The notes under the pieces are model-generated. The model did not search any database, was not told the origin of the DNA, and worked only from the letters and a program-made list of their open reading frames with translations. Below are positions 10,776 to 20,860 of a stretch of 64,000 bases of DNA, piece after piece. Source of the stretch: an uncultured Methanomicrobiales archaeon (GTDB taxonomy: Archaea; Halobacteriota; Methanomicrobia; Methanomicrobiales; Methanospirillaceae); contig CAVWXH010000015.1 in NCBI GenBank assembly GCA_963758915.1, forward strand, positions 81,737 through 145,736, read 5' to 3'. Every line of letters starts with the position of its first letter. Within the stretch, counting starts at the first letter, position 1. A program made the translations under genes and the position numbers.

Positions 10776-12163
10776 CAACCGAAGGGATGTTTTCGGATAT
10801 CCCGGTCGAAATCGGGGTCGTTTATGAAGGGGAACGTATTCGAAAACAAACGATGCATGTAGAGCTCGGAGGGCCACAGGTAAAAGAAAAATTTGAGATC
10901 CTCCGGGTGAAAAAACCGGAGGAGGTCCACGATGGGGAAGTACGGTTACTCGGTCCCGATCTTTCCGAGATGGCGGTTGGTGGAGCTATCCCCTTTGGTA
11001 TCTGCGTTGAGGTTGCCGGTGCCCAGCTGGAGGCTGACATGGAAGCGGTCATGGAACGCCGTATCCACGACTTCTGTAACTGGATCGAGGGGTTCATGCA
11101 CCTGAACCAGAGGGACGGGATCTGGCTGCGGGTCGATAAAAAGGCGGTTGCCCGGGGCCTTACTCTCAACCATGTCGGAACCATACTGATCCGGCTTTTC
11201 CGTAGTGCTCTCCCAATTATCGACCGGATCAGCGTTACGTTGATCACCGATCCGGCGCTCGTGCACCGCTGGCATACCGCAGCGGTACAGACCTACGAGG
11301 AACGCGACGCCAGAACGCGGGGCATGACCGATGAGGATGTGGATGTCTTCTATGGGTGTTCACTCTGCCAGTCATTTGCCCCCTCCCATGTCTGCGTGAT
11401 CACCCCGGAGCGGTACGCCAACTGCGGTGCGATCAGCTGGCTCGACGGCCGGGCTGCCTCACGGGTTGACCCGAGGGGCCCGATTTACGAGATCCTGAAA
11501 GGAGTGTGCATTGACCCCGAAACCGGAGAATATGAAGGTGTAAACCGTGTTGTCAAGGAAAAATCACTCTCTGATGTATCGAGAGTCCAGTTGTATACGG
11601 CGTTTGGTTATCCCCATACCTCGTGCGGGTGCTTTGAATGCACGACGTTTTATGTCCCTGAATGTGATGGCCTTGGGATTGTAAACCGGGACTTCCGGGG
11701 TGTGACCCCGACAGGACTGAGTTTCGGTTCCATTGCGGACTCAACAGGTGGCGGGAGGCAGGTGGATGGTTTCCACGGGCTCTCTTTCGAGTACATGAGG
11801 TCCCCGCGGTTTCTGCGGGCAAGTGGCGGATGGGAGCGGATCGTGTGGATGCCCTCTGATGTGCGGGAAAAACTGAAGGCATTTATCCCGTCCGACCTGT
11901 ACGACCAGATCGCCACTGAAAAAGATGTAACATCCATGGATGAAATGATGGTTTTTCTCAGGGCACACCATCATCCGATCATTGGCAGGACCGCGGGTGC
12001 TGAACTTAACATTTCAGATACTGCCGGGACCACTACTGAAAGCAAACGGGAAATTCGTGATGCCCGTTCCTTATCACAGGGGCCAGGGGCTGGCGTCTCG
12101 ATTACGTTTCATAATATCCGGCTCCACGCGGACCGGGTGTTTGTAAGAAAAGGGAGGAAATAA
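10772..12163 (+). CDS. cdhC: ACDS beta subunit (acetyl-CoA synthase)
   Basis: A-cluster motifs FYGCSLCQSFAPSHVC, CGA and HTSCGCFE. Confidence 0.96.
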   Translation: MTTEGMFSDIPVEIGVVYEGERIRKQTMHVELGGPQVKEKFEILRVKKPEEVHDGEVRLLGPDLSEMAVGGAIPFGICVEVAGAQLEADMEAVMERRIHDFCNWIEGFMHLNQRDGIWLRVDKKAVARGLTLNHVGTILIRLFRSALPIIDRISVTLITDPALVHRWHTAAVQTYEERDARTRGMTDEDVDVFYGCSLCQSFAPSHVCVITPERYANCGAISWLDGRAASRVDPRGPIYEILKGVCIDPETGEYEGVNRVVKEKSLSDVSRVQLYTAFGYPHTSCGCFECTTFYVPECDGLGIVNRDFRGVTPTGLSFGSIADSTGGGRQVDGFHGLSFEYMRSPRFLRASGGWERIVWMPSDVREKLKAFIPSDLYDQIATEKDVTSMDEMMVFLRAHHHPIIGRTAGAELNISDTAGTTTESKREIRDARSLSQGPGAGVSITFHNIRLHADRVFVRKGRK

Positions 12164-13339
12164 ATGGAAAACGGGCAGGATGCACTGATCCGGAGCCTGA
12201 TAAAACTCCTTGCGGGTGATGGCGAATTAGAACTGGAAGGTGTCACGCTGACGGCAAAGGAGCTCACGGTCTCTTTGGCAGATCTTTCGGGGTTCCAGGC
12301 GGTTACCGGCCTTGTGCCGGTGCCGGCTCCATTGGCCGGGCTTGTGGATATAGGGTATACTGCTCCGGTCCGTTCGTACCCTGGAAAAATCCGGGAAGTA
12401 ATACTCGGATCAACCCGGGGAGACGGCGGAAGCCGCGTGAAATCGGTGGCCATCGGGGGGGCATCAAAGCCACCATTCCACTTGTTCGAGGGGACAGACC
12501 CCCATTCCCCTGTGGTCGCCGGGAGTGTATTCGATATTGTCCCACCGCTCCCTGGCCCGGTTAAAGAATCGTTCGGGGATGCCCTCGAGGACCCCTGTGC
12601 CTGGGCAAAGGCCTGGGTCGACCGCTATGGCGCAGACTTAATCGACCTTGACCTGATCAGCACAGACCCGTACCTCAAGGATACCCCCGTGAAGCGTGCC
12701 GTCAGCCTTGTTGAAGACCTCCTCCAGGCAGTGGATGTGCCACTCATCATCGGCGGATCGGGAAATCCGGAGAAAGATGCAAAACTCCTTCCTAAAGTAG
12801 CTGAAGTATGTGCCGGGGAACGGATCCTTCTTTCATCAGCCACCATGAGCATGTGGGAACCGGTGGCAAAGGCCGCACAGGAATTTAACCATGTTGTCCT
12901 CGCCTGGAGCCCGATTGATATTAACCAGGCCAAGGAGCTGAACCGCAAGCTGATGGGGTACCTGCCTCCCGACCAGATCATCATGGACCCGACATCTGCG
13001 GCACTCGGGTACGGACTGGAGTATTCGTTCTCGGTAATGGAACGCATACGTTACGCAGGCCTGATGGGCGACAAAGAGCTCCAGTGCCCGATGGCTTCAG
13101 GGACTGCAAATTCATGGGGTGCACGCGAGGCCTGGAAACGGGATGCGGGACTTGGACCCCGGGAGTACCGGGGCCCGTTGTGGGAAACAACCGGAGCCCT
13201 TGCATTCCTCCTTGCAGGTATTGACCTGTTTATCATGGTACATCCCGGAGGGGCAAGGACTATTGAGGACATCGTCGGATGGCTTGCAGATGGAATAAAC
13301 CCCCCGACGTTCCCTGATTTTATCGGGGTGGGGCATTAG
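12164..13339 (+). CDS. cdhD: ACDS delta subunit (corrinoid Fe-S protein small subunit)
   Basis: IGGSGNPEKD, DINQAKELN, MDPTSAALGYGLEYS, WGAREAW, RGPLWE. Confidence 0.95.
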   Translation: MENGQDALIRSLIKLLAGDGELELEGVTLTAKELTVSLADLSGFQAVTGLVPVPAPLAGLVDIGYTAPVRSYPGKIREVILGSTRGDGGSRVKSVAIGGASKPPFHLFEGTDPHSPVVAGSVFDIVPPLPGPVKESFGDALEDPCAWAKAWVDRYGADLIDLDLISTDPYLKDTPVKRAVSLVEDLLQAVDVPLIIGGSGNPEKDAKLLPKVAEVCAGERILLSSATMSMWEPVAKAAQEFNHVVLAWSPIDINQAKELNRKLMGYLPPDQIIMDPTSAALGYGLEYSFSVMERIRYAGLMGDKELQCPMASGTANSWGAREAWKRDAGLGPREYRGPLWETTGALAFLLAGIDLFIMVHPGGARTIEDIVGWLADGINPPTFPDFIGVGH

Positions 13340-13349
13340 GAGGGACAAA

Positions 13350-14783
13350 ATGACGAAGAAGAAACTAGGCCCGATGAATCTTTACCCGCTCCTTCCCCGC
13401 ACCAACTGTGGGGAGTGTCTCCCTAAGACCTGCATGGGGTTTGCTGTCCAGCTCTGTGAGCGGGGCCTGACACTTGCCCAGTGTCCCCCGCTTGTAGACC
13501 CAAAATTCCAGGTAAACCTCGAAAAACTCGAGGCACTCCTTGCCCCACCGGTAAAAGAGGTAGCGATTGGCAGGGGGGGCCGGGAGATCAGGGTCGGGGG
13601 TCAGCTCGTCATCCACCGCCACGAGCTCCGCTACTTTAACAAGACTGCGATCTTCACGACGGTGGATGACACGATGGCCGCAGATGATATTGCTAACCGT
13701 GTCAGGGAGACCAGTTCGTTTTCTTATCCTTATATCGGTCAAACCCTGAAGCTTGATGGTATCACCATCCGTTCGATTTCCGGTGATGCCGACAGCTTTC
13801 GAAAAACTGTTGAGATGGTGAAGGGGCAGACAGAGATGCCACTGGTCCTCTGGTCATCTGATCCGGTTATCATGGCGGCCGGACTCGGGGTGGCAGGAGA
13901 GAGCAGACCACTCATATACGCCGCCGATGAATTAAACTGGGAACAGATGGCTGAACTGGCCATTGATTCCGGATGCCCCCTTGCAGTCCATGCCGATGGA
14001 AATGTCGGTACAATACGGTCGCTTATCTCTGCAATTTCAGACAGGGGAGTTAAAAATCTCCTTATTGACCCGGGGTGTGGGTTCGGGGAGGCGCTTCCGA
14101 GGTCTCTCGATAACATGACCATGATCAGGACTTCGGCAATTTCCGGCGATGATTCACTGCTGGGGCACCCCCTTATAGGTTCCCCGGTGACCCTCTGGGA
14201 CCAGGGAAATTCCCTCCCGGATGAGTCAATCCGTTGGATGGAGTCCTGCCTTGCATCAATGATGACGATCCGGTACGCGGATCTTATGATCATCAGGGAC
14301 CCGTCGATGTGGTCAACGCTACCCCTGGTAGTCCTTGTCAATAACCTGTACAATGACCCGAGAAAGCCGGTGAGTGTTGAGCCCGGACTCCGGGTATTCG
14401 GCACTCCTGACCCGGTAACAAGCCCCGTGCTGATTACGTCAAACTTTGCCCTTACCTATTACACGGTCCTCTCGGACATTGAAAAACTCAACTGTTACCT
14501 GCTGGTGGCAGATACCGAAGGCCTTTCTGTTGACTCAGCAGTTGCAGGGAGAAAATTCAATGCCCAGAAAGTAGCCGATGTAATCAGTTCATCGGGTATT
14601 TCTGAAAAAGTCACCCACAGGACCCTGATAATCCCGGGCCTCGCTGCACGCCTGAAAGGTGATATAGAGGATGCAATAAAATGGGATGTCATGGTGGGCC
14701 CGCGTGATTCCGCAGGAATTCCCGGTTACCTCAGGGAGAAATGGGAAGGGGTCGATCATAAACCAGGGTGGAGTTACCGGTAG
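13350..14783 (+). CDS. cdhE: ACDS gamma subunit (corrinoid Fe-S protein large subunit)
   Basis: LPRTNCGEC...TCMGFA...CP Fe-S domain, DPRKPVSVEPG, NFALTYYTV, IIPGLAA. Confidence 0.95.
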   Translation: MTKKKLGPMNLYPLLPRTNCGECLPKTCMGFAVQLCERGLTLAQCPPLVDPKFQVNLEKLEALLAPPVKEVAIGRGGREIRVGGQLVIHRHELRYFNKTAIFTTVDDTMAADDIANRVRETSSFSYPYIGQTLKLDGITIRSISGDADSFRKTVEMVKGQTEMPLVLWSSDPVIMAAGLGVAGESRPLIYAADELNWEQMAELAIDSGCPLAVHADGNVGTIRSLISAISDRGVKNLLIDPGCGFGEALPRSLDNMTMIRTSAISGDDSLLGHPLIGSPVTLWDQGNSLPDESIRWMESCLASMMTIRYADLMIIRDPSMWSTLPLVVLVNNLYNDPRKPVSVEPGLRVFGTPDPVTSPVLITSNFALTYYTVLSDIEKLNCYLLVADTEGLSVDSAVAGRKFNAQKVADVISSSGISEKVTHRTLIIPGLAARLKGDIEDAIKWDVMVGPRDSAGIPGYLREKWEGVDHKPGWSYR

Positions 14784-15019
14784 AAATTGCCACCCTCTTC
14801 CCGGTTTCTGGTGGTGAATGATGTCGCATAACACAATTTGCGGCCATGCGTGTCCTGTCCGGGGGATTATGCGGGGCCGGAGGAGCATGACCGTGAGATG
14901 CGATCCGATTACCTCTGATATCCCACGTACAGCAACAATGAAAGGATACATCATGTGGAAGAACGACTGCACCGCATTTCTTACGCTCGCCTGTTATTTC
15001 CAACCCTGGTGGATGGCAT

Positions 15020-15685
15020 ATGGCAGATGATCCTTTCAGGGAAGCCGCACTTTCCCACCTGGTTAGCGTTCTGCTCGATTTTAAGGGCACAAAGATCAGG
15101 GAGTACTGCCATTCACAACTTGTTGGCGGGGCAGACCCCTTCACGATTTTCGCTGAACTCCAGGCCGGCCTTGAAGAGATTGGAAAGGGGTACGAAGACC
15201 CCGGGTTCCGGAGATATTTCAATTCCGACCTGATTGTTTCAGGCAGGAACATGAAACGGGCCATTGATTTGTTAAAGCCCCTTCTCCCTCCCAAAAGTGA
15301 CGGAAAAGGGCTTGTAGTGATCGGCACTGTAGCCGGTGATGTCCACGATATTGGAAAGACTATCTTTGCCGTAACTCTTGAATCGGACGGATTTTTTATC
15401 ATTGATACCGGGGTCGATGTCCCCTGTGCAACGTTCATTGAGGCTGTGAGGGAGGACAAACCGGATATCCTCGCCATGTCATCACTGCTTACCACAACGC
15501 TGCCGGCAATGAATGAGGTAATACAGGGACTCGAGGCTGCAGGACTCAGGGACCGTGTTCGTATCATCGTCGGGGGACACGCAGTAACCGGGGAGTTTGC
15601 ACGATCTATTGGTGCTGACGCGTACGGCAGGGACTGTATTGACGGCCTGAGGAAATGCAGGGAGTTCATGCAGGAAAAGGCATGA
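15020..15685 (+). CDS. Cobalamin-binding corrinoid protein (MtaC/MtbC/MetH-type cap plus B12 domain)
   Basis: GTVAGDVHDIGK (DxHxxG), MSSLLTTT (SxL) and IVGG motifs, with a helical cap at the N-terminus. Confidence 0.92.
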   Translation: MADDPFREAALSHLVSVLLDFKGTKIREYCHSQLVGGADPFTIFAELQAGLEEIGKGYEDPGFRRYFNSDLIVSGRNMKRAIDLLKPLLPPKSDGKGLVVIGTVAGDVHDIGKTIFAVTLESDGFFIIDTGVDVPCATFIEAVREDKPDILAMSSLLTTTLPAMNEVIQGLEAAGLRDRVRIIVGGHAVTGEFARSIGADAYGRDCIDGLRKCREFMQEKA

Positions 15686-16614
15686 GGATCTTTTTTCTCT
15701 ATTCAGGACCCTTCGGGGAGCAGATTATCAATACGGTCAGCCTCCATGGACTCGGAGACCAGGTTGTCGGGGCATATGAACTCAGGCCTGAAAATATCCT
15801 GGTCGGGGCTGGAGATACAGAGGGGCCGGACAGCATCTTTGAAAATCCGGAGCGTTTTATTCCCGCTGACTTTCCAGTTACTGAGGCAGACCTGCTGATC
15901 GTTCTCGGTATCCACGGACGCTTAAGCGATCTCATCCCCTGCATTGCCAGAAAGACAGGGGTCCGATCGGTCCTGTACCCTGTCGATGACCGGGACACAA
16001 TCCCGGAGGCTAAAAAAACGATTATCAATGAGTTGGCTGGAACCGGTGTTCATGTCGAGTTTCCTGAGCCCTTCTGCAGCCTATCCCGCAGCAGGGACCC
16101 TTTGATTGGCGAATTTCTGAAATTTTTTGGCAGGCCATCCCTCCGTGTCTTTACTGATCCTGGATCAGGGAAAATCAACCGTCTCGAGGTCCTCCGTGAT
16201 ACGCCCTGTGGCTCGGCATCATGCATCGCGGGAAAACTTACCGGTGCTGACATCATGGACATGGGTTCCCTCACCAGGATCTGTTATGATGAACAGCATA
16301 ACGATGAAGCCGAAAACTACTGCCTGGCTGAAATGGACCCCCGTTACCCGTTGATGCAGGAGGCCGGGGACTTGTTAAAGGATGCATTGTTCGAGTGTTG
16401 CGGGCTCCCTTCGACGAAAGACACCATCCTGTCAGTTCTCAAACGATCTGGGGAGACCGGGGTTGAAGACCTTTCAGGACAGGTTGTCGGACTACCTTCG
16501 GGAAAGGAGGCCTCAGGATGCATAACGAGAAGGGCTTTTGATCTTTACCTCAGTGAACTCGAAGAAGAGCACCGGATTGTGATAACTGCTCAAAACACCG
16601 TGAAACTTGCTTAG
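15682..16614 (+). CDS. DUF166-like protein with C-terminal extension (possible winged helix)
   Basis: ATGA overlap with the corrinoid gene. Motifs PEPFCSL, VLRDTPCGS and YCLAEMD resemble DUF166 as recalled. Confidence 0.7.
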   Translation: MRIFFLYSGPFGEQIINTVSLHGLGDQVVGAYELRPENILVGAGDTEGPDSIFENPERFIPADFPVTEADLLIVLGIHGRLSDLIPCIARKTGVRSVLYPVDDRDTIPEAKKTIINELAGTGVHVEFPEPFCSLSRSRDPLIGEFLKFFGRPSLRVFTDPGSGKINRLEVLRDTPCGSASCIAGKLTGADIMDMGSLTRICYDEQHNDEAENYCLAEMDPRYPLMQEAGDLLKDALFECCGLPSTKDTILSVLKRSGETGVEDLSGQVVGLPSGKEASGCITRRAFDLYLSELEEEHRIVITAQNTVKLA

Positions 16615-16648
16615 CGTGGTAAATTCCCTTGTATTTATCGTAATTCTT

Positions 16649-16911
16649 GGCTTTGTGGAAACCCTTTGATAATATAAAAAAAATTAAGAGGGAAATACGA
16701 AGACAGGAGGGGATTTCACCCCCTCCCTGCCCCACCCCCATTAAGATATTCTTCGGGCAGGGTTTCCCGAAGGCTCATTAATTTCAGAGTATTTGGGGAT
16801 AGTCTCTATCCCAACCAGGGCGCCACAGCGGCGGGGCGGAGCCCCGAGAGCGTAGATAAATTTCAGGAAAATCAGGATTCTGGGTGCCTATTATAGCTTT
16901 TTAACAGAGCG
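16649..16911 (-). mobile_element. MITE-like structured repeat, copy 2
   Basis: Ends GGCTTTGTGGAA ... TTTAACAGAGCG. Reverse complement contains CGGGGCTCCGCCCCGCCGCTGTGGCG and GAGGGGGTGAAATCCCCTC. Flanks GTAATTCTT / TTAATTTTT match 7/9. Confidence 0.72.
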
Positions 16912-16923
16912 TTAATTTTTTAA

Positions 16924-18558
16924 TTAAGGGTTTTCAATCGGGCCAAACCTGAGCCCTTCAATATACATATCTTCAAAACCGGGTTCATTTTCAAGGCTGA
17001 TATGTTCAGTGATCGCCACCATCTTCTCTGCTTCGGACCGCTTCGAACGGGAGAGGAGCATCATTGAGGCCCCCTCAATAGCAGCATTTCCAGCCTGTAT
17101 CACACGATCCCGGGGCAATGATGGGATCATGCCGATCCGTTCTGCTTTTATGGGATCAACTGAGGTCCCGAATGCCCCGGCCAGGTATACCTTTGAGAGA
17201 TGATCCGGGGTAATCCCCCACCTTCCAAGAAGTGTCTGTACCCCGGTAAAAATCGCTGCTTTTGCAAGTTTAATTGCATCAATATCCTCTTCATCCAGAA
17301 ATATTGCGGACCCTGGTTGCTCATTTCGGTACGCCAGGATAAAACGTTTCCTTCCTCCGGTGAACTTTCCTGCCATATCCATGAACCCATGTTCCAGCAG
17401 TTCTGAAAGAGTGTCAACAAGTCCTGAACCGCAGATACCGGTAGGCGATGCATTTCCGATCGTCGTAAAGGACACTGATCCATCGGAGAGGATATGGACC
17501 TGCTGGATTGCACCGTTCACTGCGCCAGTCCCGCACTTCACTCCCGATCCTTCAAATGCAGGCCCCGATGCACAGGAAGTGACAAGGATTTTTTCCCTGT
17601 TCCCGATCGCAATCTCGGTATTCGTACCAATATCAATGGCCATGGTAACCTCTTCCCGCTCGTGCATACCGATAGCAAGGAGGACTGCAAGCATGTCGGC
17701 ACCAACGAACTGGCCGAGGACTGGTGGTGCATAGAGGTGCCCTGCAGGGTGAATCAGGATTTTTCTATCACATGCAGGCACCTCGATCGGTCCGGGATGG
17801 CATCGATTCATAGGGGGATCGTCCAAGGGATTGGACAGGGAGACCGCAGATCAGGTCCCGCATTACGGTATTCCCAACTACGACGATATCAACTATTTCG
17901 GCAGGGTTTACGGGCCCTGATGACAGTACGCGTTGTAGTGCCTCTGCAAGCACCTGCTCCATCCGGGACTGCCCGTCCGGGGAAGTGGTCGCATAACCAA
18001 CCCTGTCGATGACATTATCCCCGAACCTTCCCTGTGGATTTAATATCGATGCCGTGGCAAGCGGGGTACTGCTGTGCACCTTCAAGATCATACCACCGGA
18101 TGACAAGGGTGGTTGTACCGGCATCAAAAGATATCCCTGCGCACCGCCCTGTCGGGGAATCTATTATATGTTCATCCCGGACAATCACCCGTTGCCCATT
18201 CACTTCCTTCACCGCGATCACCGGGTCTTTCATCAAATTCTGCCCGGATACCCCCGCTAACAATCGAAAACGTTCCGGTTTCCCTCATTTCGATAATAAT
18301 ATGCTCTTTTTCGTCGAGTACTATCGCCTGGCAGGCAAGGCGCCCCCCGGTCGTACCAAGCCATTTTTTCTCTGATAGTGTTGGTGGCGACAGGGCCTCT
18401 GCACCGGACAGGACCCGGACCCGGCAGGTACCACACTCCCCGGTACCTGCACATCCGACACTCATATGGGCCCCAAGGTGTTGAAGATGGGACAACAGTG
18501 TTTCCCCTTCCCACAGAGGTCCGCTTGTACCTTCAGGCATGACAGTAATACGGCCCAT
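16924..18558 (-). pseudogene. Reductive activator of corrinoid proteins (RACo/RamA-like; 2Fe-2S + ASKHA ATPase), split by three frameshifts
   Basis: CAGTGECGTC...RLACQ ferredoxin, then DAGTTT, NPQGRFGDNVIDR, GNTVM, DIGTNTE, GPAFEG, GICGSG and LAGAFG in successive frames. Shifts near 18260, 18075 and 17800. Confidence 0.85.
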
Positions 18559-18680
18559 TGTATGTCCTGTACTTCATTCCCGGTACGCCATTAACATTTG
18601 GCTGCTCGGGAGGACAAAGAACATACAAATCATCATGTCCGGAGAGCCGTTATATTCCCGGAACACCAAACAGGGTAATA

Positions 18681-19490
18681 ATGATCACCCTCGCAGTTAC
18701 CGGAAAAGGGGGCGTTGGAAAGACTTCGATCGCCGCCGGACTCGCCAGGACTTTCGCAAGAAAGGGGATGCGGGTCATCGCACTCGACATGGACCCCTCC
18801 CCAAACCTCTGGTACTCGCTCGGTTGTGGTTCGGCAGGGCAACCGGACACGATAACGCCGCTAATTTCCCGAAAAGATTTTATCGAAGAGCGGACCGGGG
18901 CCCCACCCGGGGCTTCAGGGGTCGTGTTTCGGATAAACCCGAAAGTAAATGACGTTCTCGACATGTTCGGGGTTACCTGCAAAGACGGGGTACGCCTTCT
19001 CGTCCTCGGGGCAATCAGGACCGGGGGTGGCGGTTGTTACTGCCCGGCAAACACCCTTGCAAAGAGAGTGGTTTCACACCTATCTGGTGAGGCAGACCTG
19101 TTGATGATGGATATGGAGGCGGGAGTGGAGCACCTTGGACGTGGTACGACCAGGTCTGCCCAGGCCCTCCTGGTAATTGTCGAGCCCGGTGTAAAATCCG
19201 TTGAAACCGCATTCCAGATCGCGAAAATGGCACAGGACCTTGGGATTCCACGACTCTTCGGGGTTATTAACAAATTGAGACCGGGCGACGATCCGGGGCT
19301 GATTGCGAAACGGCTGGCTGATGCCGGGGTCACTACAATATTTGCTTTTCCTTACGACCCGGCCATGGAGATCGCCGATCGAGCAGGTGTCCCGGTAATT
19401 GACCTCCCGGAAGGAGAGAGGATGAAGGCCCATCTGCTTGAACTTGCCCGGGTTATCGAAAAATACATGCTCAATCCGGACCAGGGTTAA
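18681..19490 (+). CDS. cooC: CooC/AcsF-type nickel-insertion ATPase
   Basis: GKGGVGKT deviant Walker A, GCYCP Ni-binding motif, DMEAGVEHLGRGT. Confidence 0.93.
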   Translation: MITLAVTGKGGVGKTSIAAGLARTFARKGMRVIALDMDPSPNLWYSLGCGSAGQPDTITPLISRKDFIEERTGAPPGASGVVFRINPKVNDVLDMFGVTCKDGVRLLVLGAIRTGGGGCYCPANTLAKRVVSHLSGEADLLMMDMEAGVEHLGRGTTRSAQALLVIVEPGVKSVETAFQIAKMAQDLGIPRLFGVINKLRPGDDPGLIAKRLADAGVTTIFAFPYDPAMEIADRAGVPVIDLPEGERMKAHLLELARVIEKYMLNPDQG

Positions 19491-19606
19491 CCAGACAACC
19501 GCGATGTGGCCGGGGGGTGTTGAAAGGTGCCCGCAGACCTGTTTTCCTTCGATAAATCTGTGAACAATAGATATCATTATTGACTGGTGCACGAATTACT
19601 CTAACC

Positions 19607-20860
19607 ATGAGGCCGTACCTGATCAATACCCGCTTGCTAACCGCAGTGCTGATTTTTTTCCTAATGCTGAGTATATCACCGGTAATGGCAAGTGAGCCGT
19701 CAGTAATCATCTCTGAATACCAGGTTGCCCCTTCGGTGCTCTTGCCAGGTGAGCAGGGTATTGTTTCAGTGACAGTAAAAAATACTGCAGAAAGGGCATC
19801 TTTTTCCCAGTCCTATACCAGTGGCACAGCAGGTAGTAATTCCCAGACAACTACAACGGTGGATATTAATGCCCCCATTGACAGCGTTACAATGGTAGGT
19901 AATGGTATTGTGGTCGTGGGTGGAGCTTATAACAGGGTTGGTGCGCTCGGGCCCGGGCAATCCATACCCCTGACATTCCTCATCAGGGCACCGGACCAAC
20001 CAGGGGTCTATTTCCCCGAAGTGTGGGTACGTGTATCCGAAGCAACGAGTCTTAAATTTCCAATCCCCGTTAATGTAAACAGTGAAGTCCAGATCCAAAA
20101 ACGGCCCCAGATTACCGTCGAAAAGCAGATGCCGGCGAGTGTTATCCCGGGTAACGATTTCAACGCGACGGTGGTACTGACCAATGACGGACAATTGTCG
20201 GCAAGTAATATCAAGGTTATCGTCAATTCATCAACCCCCTCAATCACATCAAAGACCCCTGGTACCTACCATATTGAAAAACTTGGGCCGGGAGAACAGA
20301 AAACATTCAATATGGAATTTTCGTCCGATAAAAAGTCAACACAGGGGATCAACCCGATAAACCTGGTCATTGACTACCAGAACCCGGACGGTACATTCCA
20401 GAGACAGGTGGAGACACTGGGTGTCCGGGTAAGGGGCCAGGCACAGCTGGACATCTCACAGATTACCACAGATCCATCGAGAGTCCAGAAAGGAGACCAG
20501 TTTACCCTGTTTATCCGGGTTGAAAACACCGGTACTGATGATGCGAAATCCGTCAATGCCAAAATTGATATCCCGTTATCCGGTACGAAGGAGGCATTTG
20601 TAGGGAAAATTGAGCCAAATAATGATGCAGCAGCCCCCTTCAACCTGAAAGCTGACCAGGCAGGTAACCTACCCTACACGCTGACTATCCAGTACGAGGA
20701 TGAGTATGGCCCCCGCCAGGAACAGCAGGACCTTCACCTGAATGTATACGATACGAACAATACGTCCATGATAATCGGGGTGATTATCTTTCTCATTCTG
20801 GCTGGAGGGTTTGCATACTGGTACTTTGTCTTCCGTAAACCAGGAACCGGCAATGTTTGA
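19607..20860 (+). CDS. COG1361 S-layer-domain-like membrane-anchored protein (Ig/CARDB-like repeats)
   Basis: Signal peptide, three beta-sandwich repeats (V.N.G...A), C-terminal TM. Precedes the ABC permease. Confidence 0.8.
   Translation: MRPYLINTRLLTAVLIFFLMLSISPVMASEPSVIISEYQVAPSVLLPGEQGIVSVTVKNTAERASFSQSYTSGTAGSNSQTTTTVDINAPIDSVTMVGNGIVVVGGAYNRVGALGPGQSIPLTFLIRAPDQPGVYFPEVWVRVSEATSLKFPIPVNVNSEVQIQKRPQITVEKQMPASVIPGNDFNATVVLTNDGQLSASNIKVIVNSSTPSITSKTPGTYHIEKLGPGEQKTFNMEFSSDKKSTQGINPINLVIDYQNPDGTFQRQVETLGVRVRGQAQLDISQITTDPSRVQKGDQFTLFIRVENTGTDDAKSVNAKIDIPLSGTKEAFVGKIEPNNDAAAPFNLKADQAGNLPYTLTIQYEDEYGPRQEQQDLHLNVYDTNNTSMIIGVIIFLILAGGFAYWYFVFRKPGTGNV

Noticed and set aside
14784-15019. Possible TAG/TGA readthrough or small CxxC ORF between cdhE and the corrinoid gene
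   Set aside because: Short frames with stops and no recognisable homology. No Pyl or Sec machinery or SECIS is visible.
14731-15669. 312-aa antisense ORF (similarly 23773-24579 opposite pdxS and 13739-14404 opposite cdhE)
   Set aside because: These overlap well-supported genes on the other strand and show no recognisable motifs.
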